Assembly: GCA_051878075.1 (NCBI GenBank) | Contig: JBJEJM010000011.1 | Span: 1-34,638 of the forward strand | From: Clostridium sp. | GTDB taxonomy: Bacteria; Bacillota; Clostridia; Clostridiales; Clostridiaceae | DNA: 34,638 nucleotides | Reading direction: 5' to 3' | In this document: positions 1 to 10,138 of the stretch, piece by piece | How the letters are laid out: every line of letters starts with the position of its first letter | How positions within the stretch are numbered: the first letter of the stretch is position 1 | Position numbers and translations under genes: made by a program | Notes under the pieces: model-generated | Database searches by the model: none | The model's input: the letters and a program-made list of their open reading frames with translations, nothing else | Told to the model about the DNA's origin: nothing

Positions 1-190
1 TTATTCGTACAAATTAATAAATACTAAATATATTGCATATTTCTATTCAAATTTTATACTATATATATCCACATTTGTTAAAATGACAATTTTTTAATAT
101 TATCTTGTTCATCAATAAATTTTCAAATAATAAATCCCAGAATTAATTAATTCCGGGTTCCATTTCATGACAAAGAAAAATATTTGTATA

Positions 191-247
191 AAAATAAAAA
201 TAGAGTATCTCAATAGTGTTTTTAACACTATTGAGACATCTCTATTT
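191..247 (-). terminator. Rho-independent terminator after tpiA
   Basis: Perfect inverted repeat TCTCAATAGTGTT (208-220) / AACACTATTGAGA (224-236), extended by aaatagag/ctctattt. It is followed on the minus strand by TTTTTATTTT and starts 8 nt after the tpiA stop. Confidence 0.85.
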
Positions 248-255
248 CATATATC

Positions 256-1002
256 TTAGTAGTTAACTATTGCTGAGAAATCAGAAGCAGTTAAGCTAGC
301 TCCACCAACTAAAGCTCCATCTATATCAGACATAGCCATTTGATCTTTTATTGTGTTTGGTTTAACTGATCCACCGTATTGGATTCTTACAGCATCAGCA
401 ACTTCTTTTCCGTACATTCCTTCAACAACTTTTCTTATAGCTGAAATTGTTTCGTTTGCTTGTTCTTTAGTAGCAGTCTTACCAGTTCCAATAGCCCAGA
501 TTGGTTCGTAAGCTATAACAACTTTTGCAGCTTGTTCGTTAGTTAATCCAGCCATGTCAAGTTTGATTTGGCAAGCTATGAAGTCATTTGTAACTCCAGC
601 TTCTCTTTGTTCTAAAGTTTCACCACAGCAAAGAATTGGAGTGATGTTGTGGGCAAAAGCAGCTTTAACTTTCTTGTTTAATGCTTCATCAGTTTCGTTG
701 AAGTATTCTCTTCTTTCACTGTGTCCTAAAACAACATAGTCAATTCCCATAGCTTCTAACATTCCTGGAGCAACTTCTCCTGTAAAAGCTCCACTTTCTT
801 CAAAGTGCATGTTTTGAGCAGCAACTTTTATGTTTGAACCTTCAGCTGCTTTTTTAACAGCATCTAAGCATACAAATGTAGGACATACAACTACATCACA
901 TTTAGCATCCTTAACTAATGGTTTTAATTCTTCTATCATTTTAACTGCTTCATCAACAGTTTTGTGCATTTTCCAGTTTCCAGCGATAATTGGTTTTCTC
1001 AT
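256..1002 (-). CDS. tpiA: Triosephosphate isomerase
   Basis: Motifs [28 protein letters not shown] and LVGGASL. Start moved to the ATG at 1002, which has RBS GAGGTG 6 nt upstream. Confidence 0.98.
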   Translation of the reverse strand: MRKPIIAGNWKMHKTVDEAVKMIEELKPLVKDAKCDVVVCPTFVCLDAVKKAAEGSNIKVAAQNMHFEESGAFTGEVAPGMLEAMGIDYVVLGHSERREYFNETDEALNKKVKAAFAHNITPILCCGETLEQREAGVTNDFIACQIKLDMAGLTNEQAAKVVIAYEPIWAIGTGKTATKEQANETISAIRKVVEGMYGKEVADAVRIQYGGSVKPNTIKDQMAMSDIDGALVGGASLTASDFSAIVNY

Positions 1003-1084
1003 TATATTCACCTCATATATTTTTTATATTCTATATACTTTAAAAATTAAATAAAAACTTAAGATTATATTTTTATTAATGGTT

Positions 1085-1123
1085 ATGAACTTAAGAAAAT
1101 TGATCAGATTTTCTTAAGTTCAT
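1085..1123. repeat. Perfect 16-bp inverted repeat in pgk-tpiA spacer
   Basis: ATGAACTTAAGAAAAT-tgatcag-ATTTTCTTAAGTTCAT, with no U-tract on the minus strand. Confidence 0.75.
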
Positions 1124-1193
1124 TATTTATTACTGTTTACATAGTCCATGGTATTTAATTATATCTCTTTATTAAGTATTTTATAAATTAAGG

Positions 1194-1217
1194 TAAAGCT
1201 TTTGGCCGAAAGCTTTA
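1194..1217. repeat. Short inverted repeat in pgk-tpiA spacer
   Basis: TAAAGCTTT-tggccg-AAAGCTTTA. Confidence 0.5.
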
Positions 1218-1363
1218 TAAAATCCCGTCGAATTTTCTTAAATTATAATTTATTTAATTCAAGAATTATATAATTACTTTTCTATTTCATCAGCTATAAA
1301 ATTCCAATAATATTTTTATACTACTTAAATTTTAATAATTTAATTGTATGTTTCTAATTTGAA

Positions 1364-2554
1364 TTAGTCGTTTAATGCAGCTATTCCTGGTAATACTTTA
1401 CCTTCTAAGAATTCTAATGATGCTCCACCACCAGTTGAGATGTGAGTCATCTTATCTCCGAATCCTAAAATGTTAACAGCAGCAGCACTGTCTCCACCAC
1501 CGATTATAGTTGTAGCATCTGCATCTGCCATAGCCTTAGCTACTGCAATTGTACCCTTGTTGTAGTTTTCGAATTCGAATACTCCCATAGGTCCGTTCCA
1601 GATAACAGTTTTAGCATCTTTGATAGCATCAGCATATAAAGCTTCTGTCTTAGGTCCGATATCTAATCCCATGTTTCCAGCTGGAATATTTTGATCTTCA
1701 GTTACTGTAGCTGGTACATCTTTGAATTCAGTTGCAACTCTGTGGTCTACTGGTAATAAGAATTTAACTCCTTTTTCAGCAGCCTTAGCAACCATTTCTT
1801 TAGCGTAGTCAAGTCTATCTTCTTCAACTAATGAAGTTCCGATTTCATATCCTTGAGCTTTTAAGAATGTGTAAGCCATTCCACCACCAATGATTATAGT
1901 GTTAACTTTGTCTAATAGGTTGTTGATAACAGCAATCTTATCAGAAACTTTAGCTCCACCTAATATAGCAACGAATGGTCTTTCTGGATTTTCAACAGCA
2001 TCTCCTAAGAATTTTAATTCTTTTTGGATTAAGTATCCACATACAGCTGTATCTAAGTAATCAGTTACACCAACTGTTGAGCAGTGAGCTCTATGAGCTG
2101 TACCGAATGCATCGTTTACGAATACTTCAGCTAATGAAGCTAATTCTTTAGAGAATTCTTCACCATTCTTAGTTTCTTCTTTTCTGTATCTAGTATTTTC
2201 TAATAATACTACATCTCCATCTTTCATAGCAGCAACTGCAGCTTTAGCGTTTTCTCCAACAACGTTGTTATCTGGAGCAAATTTAACTTCTTTTCCAAGC
2301 ATTTCGCTTAATCTCTTAGCAACTGGAGCTAATGATAATTCTGGTTTTGGTTCTCCCTTTGGTTTACCCATGTGTGAGCAAAGTATAACTTTTGCACCTT
2401 TTTCAACTAAGTATTTGATTGTTGGAAGTGCTCCGTTTAATCTGTTTTCATCAGTTATAACACCATCTTTTAATGGTACATTAAAGTCACATCTTACTAA
2501 TACTTTTTTTCCTGCTACATCGATATCTTCGATTGTTTTCTTATTGAAATTCAT
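1364..2554 (-). CDS. pgk: Phosphoglycerate kinase
   Basis: Motifs [42 protein letters not shown] and STGGGASLE; RBS GAGGTG. Confidence 0.98.
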   Translation of the reverse strand: MNFNKKTIEDIDVAGKKVLVRCDFNVPLKDGVITDENRLNGALPTIKYLVEKGAKVILCSHMGKPKGEPKPELSLAPVAKRLSEMLGKEVKFAPDNNVVGENAKAAVAAMKDGDVVLLENTRYRKEETKNGEEFSKELASLAEVFVNDAFGTAHRAHCSTVGVTDYLDTAVCGYLIQKELKFLGDAVENPERPFVAILGGAKVSDKIAVINNLLDKVNTIIIGGGMAYTFLKAQGYEIGTSLVEEDRLDYAKEMVAKAAEKGVKFLLPVDHRVATEFKDVPATVTEDQNIPAGNMGLDIGPKTEALYADAIKDAKTVIWNGPMGVFEFENYNKGTIAVAKAMADADATTIIGGGDSAAAVNILGFGDKMTHISTGGGASLEFLEGKVLPGIAALND

Positions 2555-2598
2555 TTAAATTCACCTCAAAAAATTATTTTTATAGATAATTTTAAAAT

Positions 2599-2635
2599 AG
2601 TCTGGCTTTATAGCCTTATACTACAAAACCAGACT
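2599..2635 (-). other. Stem-loop between gapA and pgk (partial terminator or mRNA stabiliser)
   Basis: Minus strand AGTCTGGTTTTGTAG-tataagg-CTATAAAGCCAGACT followed by ATTTT. The mismatches become G-U pairs only on the minus strand. Confidence 0.65.
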
Positions 2636-2687
2636 TATTTACTTTAACATAAAATTGCGCAGTTATTTATGTTTAATTAGGTTCAAA

Positions 2688-3692
2688 TTACTTTAAGTTA
2701 GCGAAGTATCCTAAAGTTCTGATTAATTGGTTAGTGTATGACATTTCGTTGTCGTACCAAGAAGCAACTTTAACTAATTGTTCACCGTTAACTTCCATAA
2801 CTCTTGTTTGAGTAGCATCAAATAATGAACCGTAGCTCATTCCGATAACATCACATGAAACTATTTCATCTTCAGTGTATCCATAAGATTCAGTTGCAGC
2901 AGCTTTCATAGCAGCATTAACTTCTTCTACAGTTACTTTCTTATCTAATGTACATACTAATTCAGTTAATGAACCAGTTATACATGGAACTCTTTGAGCA
3001 CCACCATCTAATTTACCTTTTAATTCAGGAATAACTAATCCGATTGCTTTAGCAGCACCAGTTGAGTTAGGGATGATTGAAGCAGCAGCTGCTCTAGCTC
3101 TTCTTAAATCACCTTTTCTGTGTGGAGCATCTAAAGTGTTTTGATCGTTAGTGTAAGCATGAACTGTAGTCATGAAACCTTTTTGTAATCCAAAGTTATC
3201 GTTTAATGCTTTAGCCATTGGAGCTAAACAGTTTGTAGTACATGAAGCACCTGAGATTACTGTATCATCTGCTTTTAATATATCTTGGTTTACGTTGTAA
3301 ACTACTGTTGGTAGGTCGTTTCCAGCTGGAGCTGAGATAACAACTTTCTTAGCACCTGCAGTGATGTGAGCTGAAGCCTTTTCTTTTGAAGCAAAGAATC
3401 CAGTACATTCTAATACGATGTCTACGTTTAATTCTCCCCATGGTAATTCAGCTGGGTTAGCATTTGCAGTAACTTTGATTTCTTTTCCGTTTACTACGAA
3501 AGCTCCTTCTTTAACTTCGATTTCACCATTGAATCTACCTTGTGATGAATCATATTTGAATAAGTGTGCTAACATTTTAGCATCTGTTAAATCGTTGATT
3601 GCAACAACGTTGAATTTATCTTGTTGTTCCATCATTAATCTTAAAGCTAATCTTCCTATTCTTCCAAAACCATTAATTGCTACGTTTACCAT
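2688..3692 (-). CDS. gapA: Type I glyceraldehyde-3-phosphate dehydrogenase
   Basis: INGFGRIGR, catalytic ASCTTNCL and WYDNE motifs; RBS AGGAGGT. Confidence 0.98.
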   Translation of the reverse strand: MVNVAINGFGRIGRLALRLMMEQQDKFNVVAINDLTDAKMLAHLFKYDSSQGRFNGEIEVKEGAFVVNGKEIKVTANANPAELPWGELNVDIVLECTGFFASKEKASAHITAGAKKVVISAPAGNDLPTVVYNVNQDILKADDTVISGASCTTNCLAPMAKALNDNFGLQKGFMTTVHAYTNDQNTLDAPHRKGDLRRARAAAASIIPNSTGAAKAIGLVIPELKGKLDGGAQRVPCITGSLTELVCTLDKKVTVEEVNAAMKAAATESYGYTEDEIVSCDVIGMSYGSLFDATQTRVMEVNGEQLVKVASWYDNEMSYTNQLIRTLGYFANLK

Positions 3693-3760
3693 ATCAATTA
3701 CCTCCTAATAATGCTTTTATTATATTTATTTTAAAATTTTATAAAAATAAATTTTACAAA

Positions 3761-4804
3761 CTAATTATTAATAACTGAATCTTTAAATTTTTCTAGTATT
3801 CCTTTAGCTGCAGCTTCATCTGTAACTAATACACCTGTAGAATCATTATATTCAGTTGCAATAATCGATTCAACTTTATTATTCCCACCAGCCACTGCAA
3901 TATGCGTTTTTATCTTTCTGGCATTATTAATTTTAATGCCAATAGCAGTAGTTTCTGAAATAATCTTTGAATCTTTGTTGAAATAACATCCAAAAGCTTC
4001 CCCGACAGCTCCATTGTTAATTAAATTTTTAATTTCATCTTCTGGAACGCCTCTTTTTCTAGCCATTTGTACTGCATTACCTACACCATACATTAAAACG
4101 TCTGCTTTATGTATAGTATCTATAACAGCCTTTACTGCTTGTTCCTTAAGTAAATTATCTATTATATCCAAACTCAAGTTTTCTGATATATGCAGCATTT
4201 TATAAGTACCATTAATTTTCTTTGCAAGTGATGCTGCCAGCGTATTTGCTTGTGTTTCCACATTTTTACCCATACCGCCTCTTGCAGGTACTACTTGAAT
4301 GTTGTTCAAATTTGTTATTTTAGGAAATGCTTCAACAACTTCCTTTAATGTACTTCCTCCAGTTAACGCTACTATAGAATTGTCTTCAAGTACATCTTTT
4401 ACGTAATTAGCGCATGCTTTACCTAAATCCTTTAATACTAAAGGATTTTCTTCAACATCGCCAGGAACAATAATTACTTTTTTCAAATTAAGTAAAGATT
4501 TCACTCTTTCTTCTACTTCTGAAAGACCTTTGATTTCATGAATAAAATCTTTTAATTTATCAAGAATTTCTTTTCCATCACTAGTAACTTTCATTCCAGC
4601 AGGATTTATCTCTATTAACTCCTGCTCTTTTAAAAAACCTATTTCAGTTCTAACAGTTCTTTCACCACTATTTAGTTTCTCAGCAAGACTTCTTCTACCA
4701 ATAGGTTCATTGTGATAGATCGTTCTGAGTACGTTATACCTTTTCTCCAAAGTATTTACAAGCTCAGGAACTATCCTTTTCTGTAATTCTAATATTTCCT
4801 GCAA
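3761..4804 (-). CDS. cggR: Central glycolytic genes regulator (SorC/DeoR family)
   Basis: N-terminal HTH (PIGRRSLA...ERTVRTE) and a sugar-binding domain (ALTGGST, VPARGG, GEAFG). It lies directly upstream of gapA. Start set at TTG 4804, behind RBS AAGGAG. Confidence 0.93.
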   Translation of the reverse strand: MQEILELQKRIVPELVNTLEKRYNVLRTIYHNEPIGRRSLAEKLNSGERTVRTEIGFLKEQELIEINPAGMKVTSDGKEILDKLKDFIHEIKGLSEVEERVKSLLNLKKVIIVPGDVEENPLVLKDLGKACANYVKDVLEDNSIVALTGGSTLKEVVEAFPKITNLNNIQVVPARGGMGKNVETQANTLAASLAKKINGTYKMLHISENLSLDIIDNLLKEQAVKAVIDTIHKADVLMYGVGNAVQMARKRGVPEDEIKNLINNGAVGEAFGCYFNKDSKIISETTAIGIKINNARKIKTHIAVAGGNNKVESIIATEYNDSTGVLVTDEAAAKGILEKFKDSVINN

Positions 4805-4820
4805 CTTAAACACTCCTTTG

Positions 4821-4856
4821 GTCATTATGTGTCCCATACTATTTTATTATGTCCCA
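4821..4856 (-). promoter_or_regulatory. CggR operator (direct repeat)
   Basis: Minus strand tGGGACataataaaatagtatGGGACacataaTGAC: two GGGAC units 20 bp apart between the promoter and the cggR RBS. This matches the GGGAC-N6-TGTC repeat known from Bacillus subtilis. Confidence 0.8.
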
Positions 4857-4864
4857 CACATATT

Positions 4865-4893
4865 ATTATAGAACACCTTTTGAAAATTTTAAA
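4865..4893 (-). promoter_or_regulatory. Putative sigma-A promoter of cggR-gapA operon
   Basis: TTTAAA-N17-TATAAT immediately upstream of the operator. Confidence 0.5.
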
Positions 4894-5131
4894 CCCCTTA
4901 CATGAAATTTTTTTAATTATTTAAAAAATTTCACCATTTAAGATTAATATCAAATTTATTTTACATAATATACATGATTTCTATTTATTATTTTTAATTT
5001 AAAGTGTAAAATTAAAATTTAAAATTAATATTATAATTTTTATATAATACTTTCACATATATATCTATTATTACTATTAATTTCACCAATTATCTTTTAC
5101 ACTTTAAATCATTCAATACTAGGTTTCTTAA

Positions 5132-6514
5132 TCACAATCTTTTTCTTCCTGCTGAAGATTTAATTCCTAATTCTTCTCTGTATTTTGTAACTGTCCTTCT
5201 TGATATATTTACGTTTTTCTCTTTAAGAATAAGACTTATTGATTGATCTGATAATGGTTTATTTTTATCTTCCCCATTTATTATGTTTTTTATTTCATTT
5301 TTTATTTTTATTATAGACAAATAGTCTGCTTCATTATTCTTATTTGATAATCCATTTACAAATAAATCTTTTATTTTTATTGTTCCATAGCTAGTCAATA
5401 TATATTTGTCTTTTATAGTTCTGCTTACAGTTGAATCATGAACTTTCAATGCTAAAGCTACCTCTTTTAAAGTTAAAGGTTTAATATATAAACTTCCCTT
5501 TTCAAAAAACTCTCTCTGTTTATCAACTAAGCATTCCAAAACTCTATATAATGTATTTTTCCTATTTTCTAATGCTTTTATAACAAATAATGCCCTGCTT
5601 ACTTTTTCTTTTACATAACTATTTATTTCAGAATCCTTTCCATTCTTAAGAACATCTCTATAAGTTTTATTTATCATCAATCTTGGTAATACACTTTCGT
5701 TCATTATGATGAAAAATTCTCCATTTATTTTTTTTATCTCAGCATCTGGAATAATATAGCTTACTTCTTCTCCTGTATAAAACCCTCTTGAAGGCTTAGG
5801 CTCTAATTTTTTTATCAAGTCTCCATATCTCTGAGCTTCTCTAGGTGAGATTCCTAACTCTCTGCCTATAAATTCATACTTATTTTCTGCTACTTCTTGA
5901 AGATAATTTTGTATTATTTTTTCTATATTACTATCTAATATTTTCAAGTTCATACTCTGTATTAAAAGGCATTCCTTTATATTTCTCGATCCAATTCCAT
6001 ATGGCTCTAATGATTGAACTAATTTTAATCCTTTTTCAACATCATCACATGGAATTTTAAGTTCAGCAGATAATTCTTCTATAGAGATTTCTAAATAACC
6101 ACGAGCATCTAATGATTCAATAATATATTTAGCAATCATTATTGAATATTGATCTGCACTAACCTCCATCAACTGCTCATACAAATATTCTTTTAATGAC
6201 TTTTTTTCTTCAATAAAATTTAAAGGTGAAACCTCTTCATTAGAATATGCTTTTTGCTGTTTGTCATTATAATTATAATAGTTCATTTCTTCTATTATTT
6301 TTTCTGTATTATATTTTTCTAAATCATCATGTGTATCTTCACAAAAATTACTCTGTTCATTTATTTCTAAAATAGGATTTTCTGAATATTCATTATATAT
6401 ATACTCTCTTAAATCATGAAGAGACATTTGCAAAAGTTTAATAGACTGCTGCATATTTTGAGTCATTATCATTTTTTGCTGTTGTGTCATTTTTATACTA
6501 TAATTCAGATCCAT
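5132..6514 (-). CDS. rpoN: RNA polymerase sigma-54 factor (SigL)
   Basis: Gln-rich region I (MTQQQKM...QQSIKLLQM), ENP.LE, HDSTVSR, PLSD and RpoN box SRRTVTKYRE. Start at ATG 6514 behind AGGAGG. Confidence 0.96.
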   Translation of the reverse strand: MDLNYSIKMTQQQKMIMTQNMQQSIKLLQMSLHDLREYIYNEYSENPILEINEQSNFCEDTHDDLEKYNTEKIIEEMNYYNYNDKQQKAYSNEEVSPLNFIEEKKSLKEYLYEQLMEVSADQYSIMIAKYIIESLDARGYLEISIEELSAELKIPCDDVEKGLKLVQSLEPYGIGSRNIKECLLIQSMNLKILDSNIEKIIQNYLQEVAENKYEFIGRELGISPREAQRYGDLIKKLEPKPSRGFYTGEEVSYIIPDAEIKKINGEFFIIMNESVLPRLMINKTYRDVLKNGKDSEINSYVKEKVSRALFVIKALENRKNTLYRVLECLVDKQREFFEKGSLYIKPLTLKEVALALKVHDSTVSRTIKDKYILTSYGTIKIKDLFVNGLSNKNNEADYLSIIKIKNEIKNIINGEDKNKPLSDQSISLILKEKNVNISRRTVTKYREELGIKSSAGRKRL

Positions 6515-6835
6515 AAATTTCCTCCTACCCAATAAAATTTACCTCAATGCTCGTTAGTATATAACTTTATCCTCTTCATAATTCATATGCCCCATAAATA
6601 GTACTTGTCCAATTATAAATAAAGTATAAACCTTTTACCTATTCTATAGCAAGCATTCACAAATTCTTCACTTAATTATATTTACTATGTAATATGTTTT
6701 AATATTCATTGTAATTTAACATAAAACATACTTTAAAATAATTCTTTATAAATATAAATAAAAATTATATAAGTATTATTTTTTATAAATAATCTATTCA
6801 TATAACAAAGAATAATTTTCATATATTTATATATC

Positions 6836-6881
6836 AAAAAAATATCTCATAATTAATTTTTAAAAAATTAATTATGAGATA
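6836..6881 (-). terminator. Terminator after degV
   Basis: 19-bp arms TATCTCATAATTAATTTTT / AAAAATTAATTATGAGATA followed by a T run on the minus strand. Confidence 0.8.
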
Positions 6882-6889
6882 ACTTAATT

Positions 6890-7726
6890 CTACTTAGTCA
6901 AAAATACAAGTGCACAACAACGTGGACCTGAATGAATACTTACAGTTGATCCAACTGGACACTCTTTAAAGTTAATATTGTTTTCTATTAAATATTCTCT
7001 AAGTGCCTGTTTTATTTCTATATTTTGAACATCAATCAATAATACAGGTACTTCAGGATCTAATTCAACACTCTCTAAATCACTTATCAATCTTTTAATG
7101 GCTTTTTTAGTTCCTCTTACTTTATCTTTTACAACCATCATACCATCTTTCATGTCTAAAATCAGCTTTATTCCAAGCATACTTCCAACAACACCAGCAG
7201 TTTTAGAGATTCTTCCACCTCTAACTAGATATTCTAAGGATTCAAATACTATTGAAGTTTTCACTTTATCTCTGCAGTCATTTATTTCATTTTCTAACTC
7301 TTTTAAGCTCAGGCCTTTATCTCTAAGAAGAGCTGCTTTTAGAACTAATATTCCTAAAGCAGAAGTAACCTTATAAGAATCAATAACGACTATATCATCA
7401 CTTTCCAATGAATTCTTAGCTATACATGCTGACTGATATGTTCCACTCATAGCTGATGACATATGTATTGAAATAATTTTATATCCTTGATCTAAATATT
7501 TCTTATATACTTCTTCAAATCTTGTTGGAATAATTTGTGCTGTCGTTGGCAATACATTATCTTTTTCTATTCTTCTAAATACTTCTTCTGGGTTTATTTC
7601 TACCCCATCAAGATAACTATCATCTCCAAAGTTTATTAATAAAGGTAAGACTTCAATATCATATTTATCATATAAATCTTTTGATAAGTCCGCTGTACTG
7701 TCTGTTATGATTTTAATTTTTTCCAT
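6890..7726 (-). CDS. DegV family fatty-acid-binding protein (FakB-like)
   Basis: IITDSTAD, PTTAQ, SSAMSGTYQSA, LVRGGRI and HSGP motifs. ATG 7726 chosen because GAGGA lies 9 nt upstream. Confidence 0.92.
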   Translation of the reverse strand: MEKIKIITDSTADLSKDLYDKYDIEVLPLLINFGDDSYLDGVEINPEEVFRRIEKDNVLPTTAQIIPTRFEEVYKKYLDQGYKIISIHMSSAMSGTYQSACIAKNSLESDDIVVIDSYKVTSALGILVLKAALLRDKGLSLKELENEINDCRDKVKTSIVFESLEYLVRGGRISKTAGVVGSMLGIKLILDMKDGMMVVKDKVRGTKKAIKRLISDLESVELDPEVPVLLIDVQNIEIKQALREYLIENNINFKECPVGSTVSIHSGPRCCALVFLTK

Positions 7727-7745
7727 CCTCTTCATTCCTCTTCAT

Positions 7746-8210
7746 TTATTTCATATTTGGAAATCCTATTTGTCTTAATGCTTCATAAGCTACTATAGCT
7801 ACAGTGTTAGATAAATTTAAACTTCTAGTGCTTGATTTTATCATTGGGACTCTTAATCCCTTATGTCTTTCATGAACATCTTCTGGAACACCACAAGTTT
7901 CTCTTCCAAACATTATAAAATCACCTTGTTTAAATTCAATTTCATCATAATGAGTTCCAGTTTCGTGAGTAGTTGCTAAGAATATTCTCTCATTACCATA
8001 CTTAGCTAGGAAATCTTCATAACTTTCATGTACTTCTAGATTTAATTCACTCCAATAATCTAATCCAGCTCTTCTTACTTGTTTCTCATTTATATCAAAT
8101 CCTAGTGGCTTTATTAAATGCAATTTGCAGTCTGTAAGTACACATGTTCTTGCTATATTTCCTGTATTTTGTGGAATTTCAGGTTGATATAATACTATAT
8201 TAAAATTCAA
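7746..8210 (-). CDS. trmL: tRNA (cytidine/uridine-34-2'-O)-methyltransferase
   Basis: SPOUT motifs PEIPQNTGNIARTC, RRAGLDYW, FGRET.G and RSLNLSN; TTG start with RBS AGGTG. Confidence 0.95.
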   Translation of the reverse strand: MNFNIVLYQPEIPQNTGNIARTCVLTDCKLHLIKPLGFDINEKQVRRAGLDYWSELNLEVHESYEDFLAKYGNERIFLATTHETGTHYDEIEFKQGDFIMFGRETCGVPEDVHERHKGLRVPMIKSSTRSLNLSNTVAIVAYEALRQIGFPNMK

Positions 8211-8370
8211 AACTTCACCTTCTTTAATAAAAAATTCATTAATTATTTTATTTTAAAATTATACTATATGGTTAATTGCAAGTCAAAAAGTCTAAAATAC
8301 TTTTGCAATCATAATTATTTTAAAACTCAACTATATAATATTTTACTTATGCTAATTTAATTATAAAGTT

Positions 8371-8419
8371 AATAAATAAAATAAGTTCGAAAAACTATTA
8401 TACTTTTCCGAACTTATTT
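8371..8419 (-). terminator. Terminator after VanW-family gene
   Basis: AAATAAGTTCG / CGAACTTATTT arms with a T-rich tail on the minus strand. Confidence 0.7.
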
Positions 8420-8446
8420 ATCTAAAATATATTTTTATTATTTTTC

Positions 8447-9973
8447 TTACTGAACTGTCTGCTGCTGTCCTTGATTATTCTGTCCTGAATCAGCAGCTGT
8501 ATCTGAAGGATTTTCTGGCATTTGTGGTTCAGTTCCTGCTTGATCCTGAGGTGCTTCCTGAACTGGAGTAACTGGCTTAGTTCCTTTCTTTATTACAACA
8601 TCAACTTTAGCATATGTATCAGTAGATACTTTTTCTCTATTCACCTCTATACCATTTTCATAAGTAACCTGATATGACGAAGCTCTATATCCTGTCATTC
8701 CTCCGCCTTCAGTAACTTCTTTCCCCTCTTCTAAATTTGGATCTTCAACAACTTTAGTCTCAGGAGGTATTGTTTCAAGTATTTCATTGACCATATCATA
8801 AGTCTTTCCTTCAAGTGCACTTGAATCTCCATAAATATTATATGTTACAACTTTACCAGCAGTATATCCCTGAATATATATTGGGAAATCATATGGATTA
8901 GTAAATTTATAATCAAGATATCCATATGAAACTGTTGCATCTAATCCTGGCAATGCATATCCTACTGCCATTGAATGGTTTGTTCTTTCTGTAGATCTTA
9001 TATTAGCTCTCATTACAGCTCTATAAAGAGTAGTTGATACCTGACATATACCACCGCCAATACCTGGCTCAACTTTATTTCCTACATAAGTTCCAGCTTC
9101 CTGATATCCTGTTGCCTCTGTTCTTGGCCCTACTACTTCATTAAAGCTGAAAGTTTCTCCTGGCATAACTATTGTCCCATTTATACTCTGTGTAGAAAGT
9201 TCTATATTATGGCTTCTTCCTGGAGCTGAAGTTCCATAACTTGTAGAAAATGATCCCATTATATCTTTAACTTTTGATAAATCTTCACTTGTTATTTTTG
9301 CCTTTGTAAGTTCTGCTTCTACATTTACCTCATCACTAGAATCTATTAAGCCATTTAATGAATCCTTTATCTTAGAATCTAAAGTATCAATACTTACACA
9401 CATTCCATCCTTTTCTTCTTCAACCTGAATCTTATCTCCAACTATTGTAATTGAAGCATCTACTGGTTCTTGATTCACTTCTTCAATTACTTTTTCTTCA
9501 AACTCTCTTAATTTATCTTCATTATATGAAAAAGCGATTTCTACTTCCATATCCCTTTTACTTTTAATATTGATGTATTTACCTAATGTCCCATGTTGTT
9601 TTCCACTCTCAAAGGCTTTTTCAACAGTTTCATCAATATCATATGACGGTTCAATCTCATTATAATTTAATTGAAAAGTTTTTCCTTCTATATTTATAGG
9701 AAGCACTTTATCATTTATCATGCTTTGAAATTCATCTTCAAGCTTTTCCTTTGCTTCAGTTTTAGTCATTCCCCCAAGCTTTACATTTTGAACTTTTACA
9801 CCCGGATATATCCTTTCATCCCATTTTCTTACTGAATTGTTTATAATTAATAAATACCCTGTTATCCCAAATGCAAGTACTAACATGCTACTAATAATTA
9901 AAACTGTAATTTTCTTTTTCTTTGCAGCAGTATTTCTTTTGAATTTCTTCCTTCTCCCACTACCATTTTCCAC
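8447..9973 (-). CDS. Membrane-anchored VanW family protein with putative PG-binding and G5 domains (YoaR-like)
   Basis: Basic N-terminus plus a single TM helix. VanW motifs PGETFSFN, GGGICQVSTTLY, ER.NHS and GLDATV. G5-like C-terminal region (...VIKKGTK) and a Q/P-rich tail. GTG start with RBS AAGGGG. Confidence 0.9.
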   Translation of the reverse strand: MENGSGRRKKFKRNTAAKKKKITVLIISSMLVLAFGITGYLLIINNSVRKWDERIYPGVKVQNVKLGGMTKTEAKEKLEDEFQSMINDKVLPINIEGKTFQLNYNEIEPSYDIDETVEKAFESGKQHGTLGKYINIKSKRDMEVEIAFSYNEDKLREFEEKVIEEVNQEPVDASITIVGDKIQVEEEKDGMCVSIDTLDSKIKDSLNGLIDSSDEVNVEAELTKAKITSEDLSKVKDIMGSFSTSYGTSAPGRSHNIELSTQSINGTIVMPGETFSFNEVVGPRTEATGYQEAGTYVGNKVEPGIGGGICQVSTTLYRAVMRANIRSTERTNHSMAVGYALPGLDATVSYGYLDYKFTNPYDFPIYIQGYTAGKVVTYNIYGDSSALEGKTYDMVNEILETIPPETKVVEDPNLEEGKEVTEGGGMTGYRASSYQVTYENGIEVNREKVSTDTYAKVDVVIKKGTKPVTPVQEAPQDQAGTEPQMPENPSDTAADSGQNNQGQQQTVQ

Positions 9974-10027
9974 TTGTTAATCCCCTTTCAAGAAATATAA
10001 ATATACATTAATTCTTAAATATACGTA

Positions 10028-10080
10028 ATTGATGACAATTTATCCAAATGCAAATTGTCATCAATATTAGTATTATATCA
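10028..10080 (-). promoter_or_regulatory. Extended -10 promoter followed by 14-bp inverted repeat upstream of vanW-like gene
   Basis: TGaTATAAT at 10080-10072; ATTGATGACAATTT (10028-10041) / AAATTGTCATCAAT (10052-10065). Confidence 0.55.
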
Positions 10081-10138
10081 TATTTTGTTATACATTTGAT
10101 ATAGAAAATAATATATATTCTTGCAATAAATTTTTATC

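Noticed and set aside
6540-6600. Tiny ORFs (MGHMNYEEDKVIY, MKRIKLYTNEH) upstream of rpoN
   Set aside because: No convincing SD and no associated alternative structures.
7724-7745. Tandem ATGAAGAGGA repeat at the trmL-degV junction
   Set aside because: Only two 10-bp copies overlapping the RBS. It affects start-codon choice but shows no further function.
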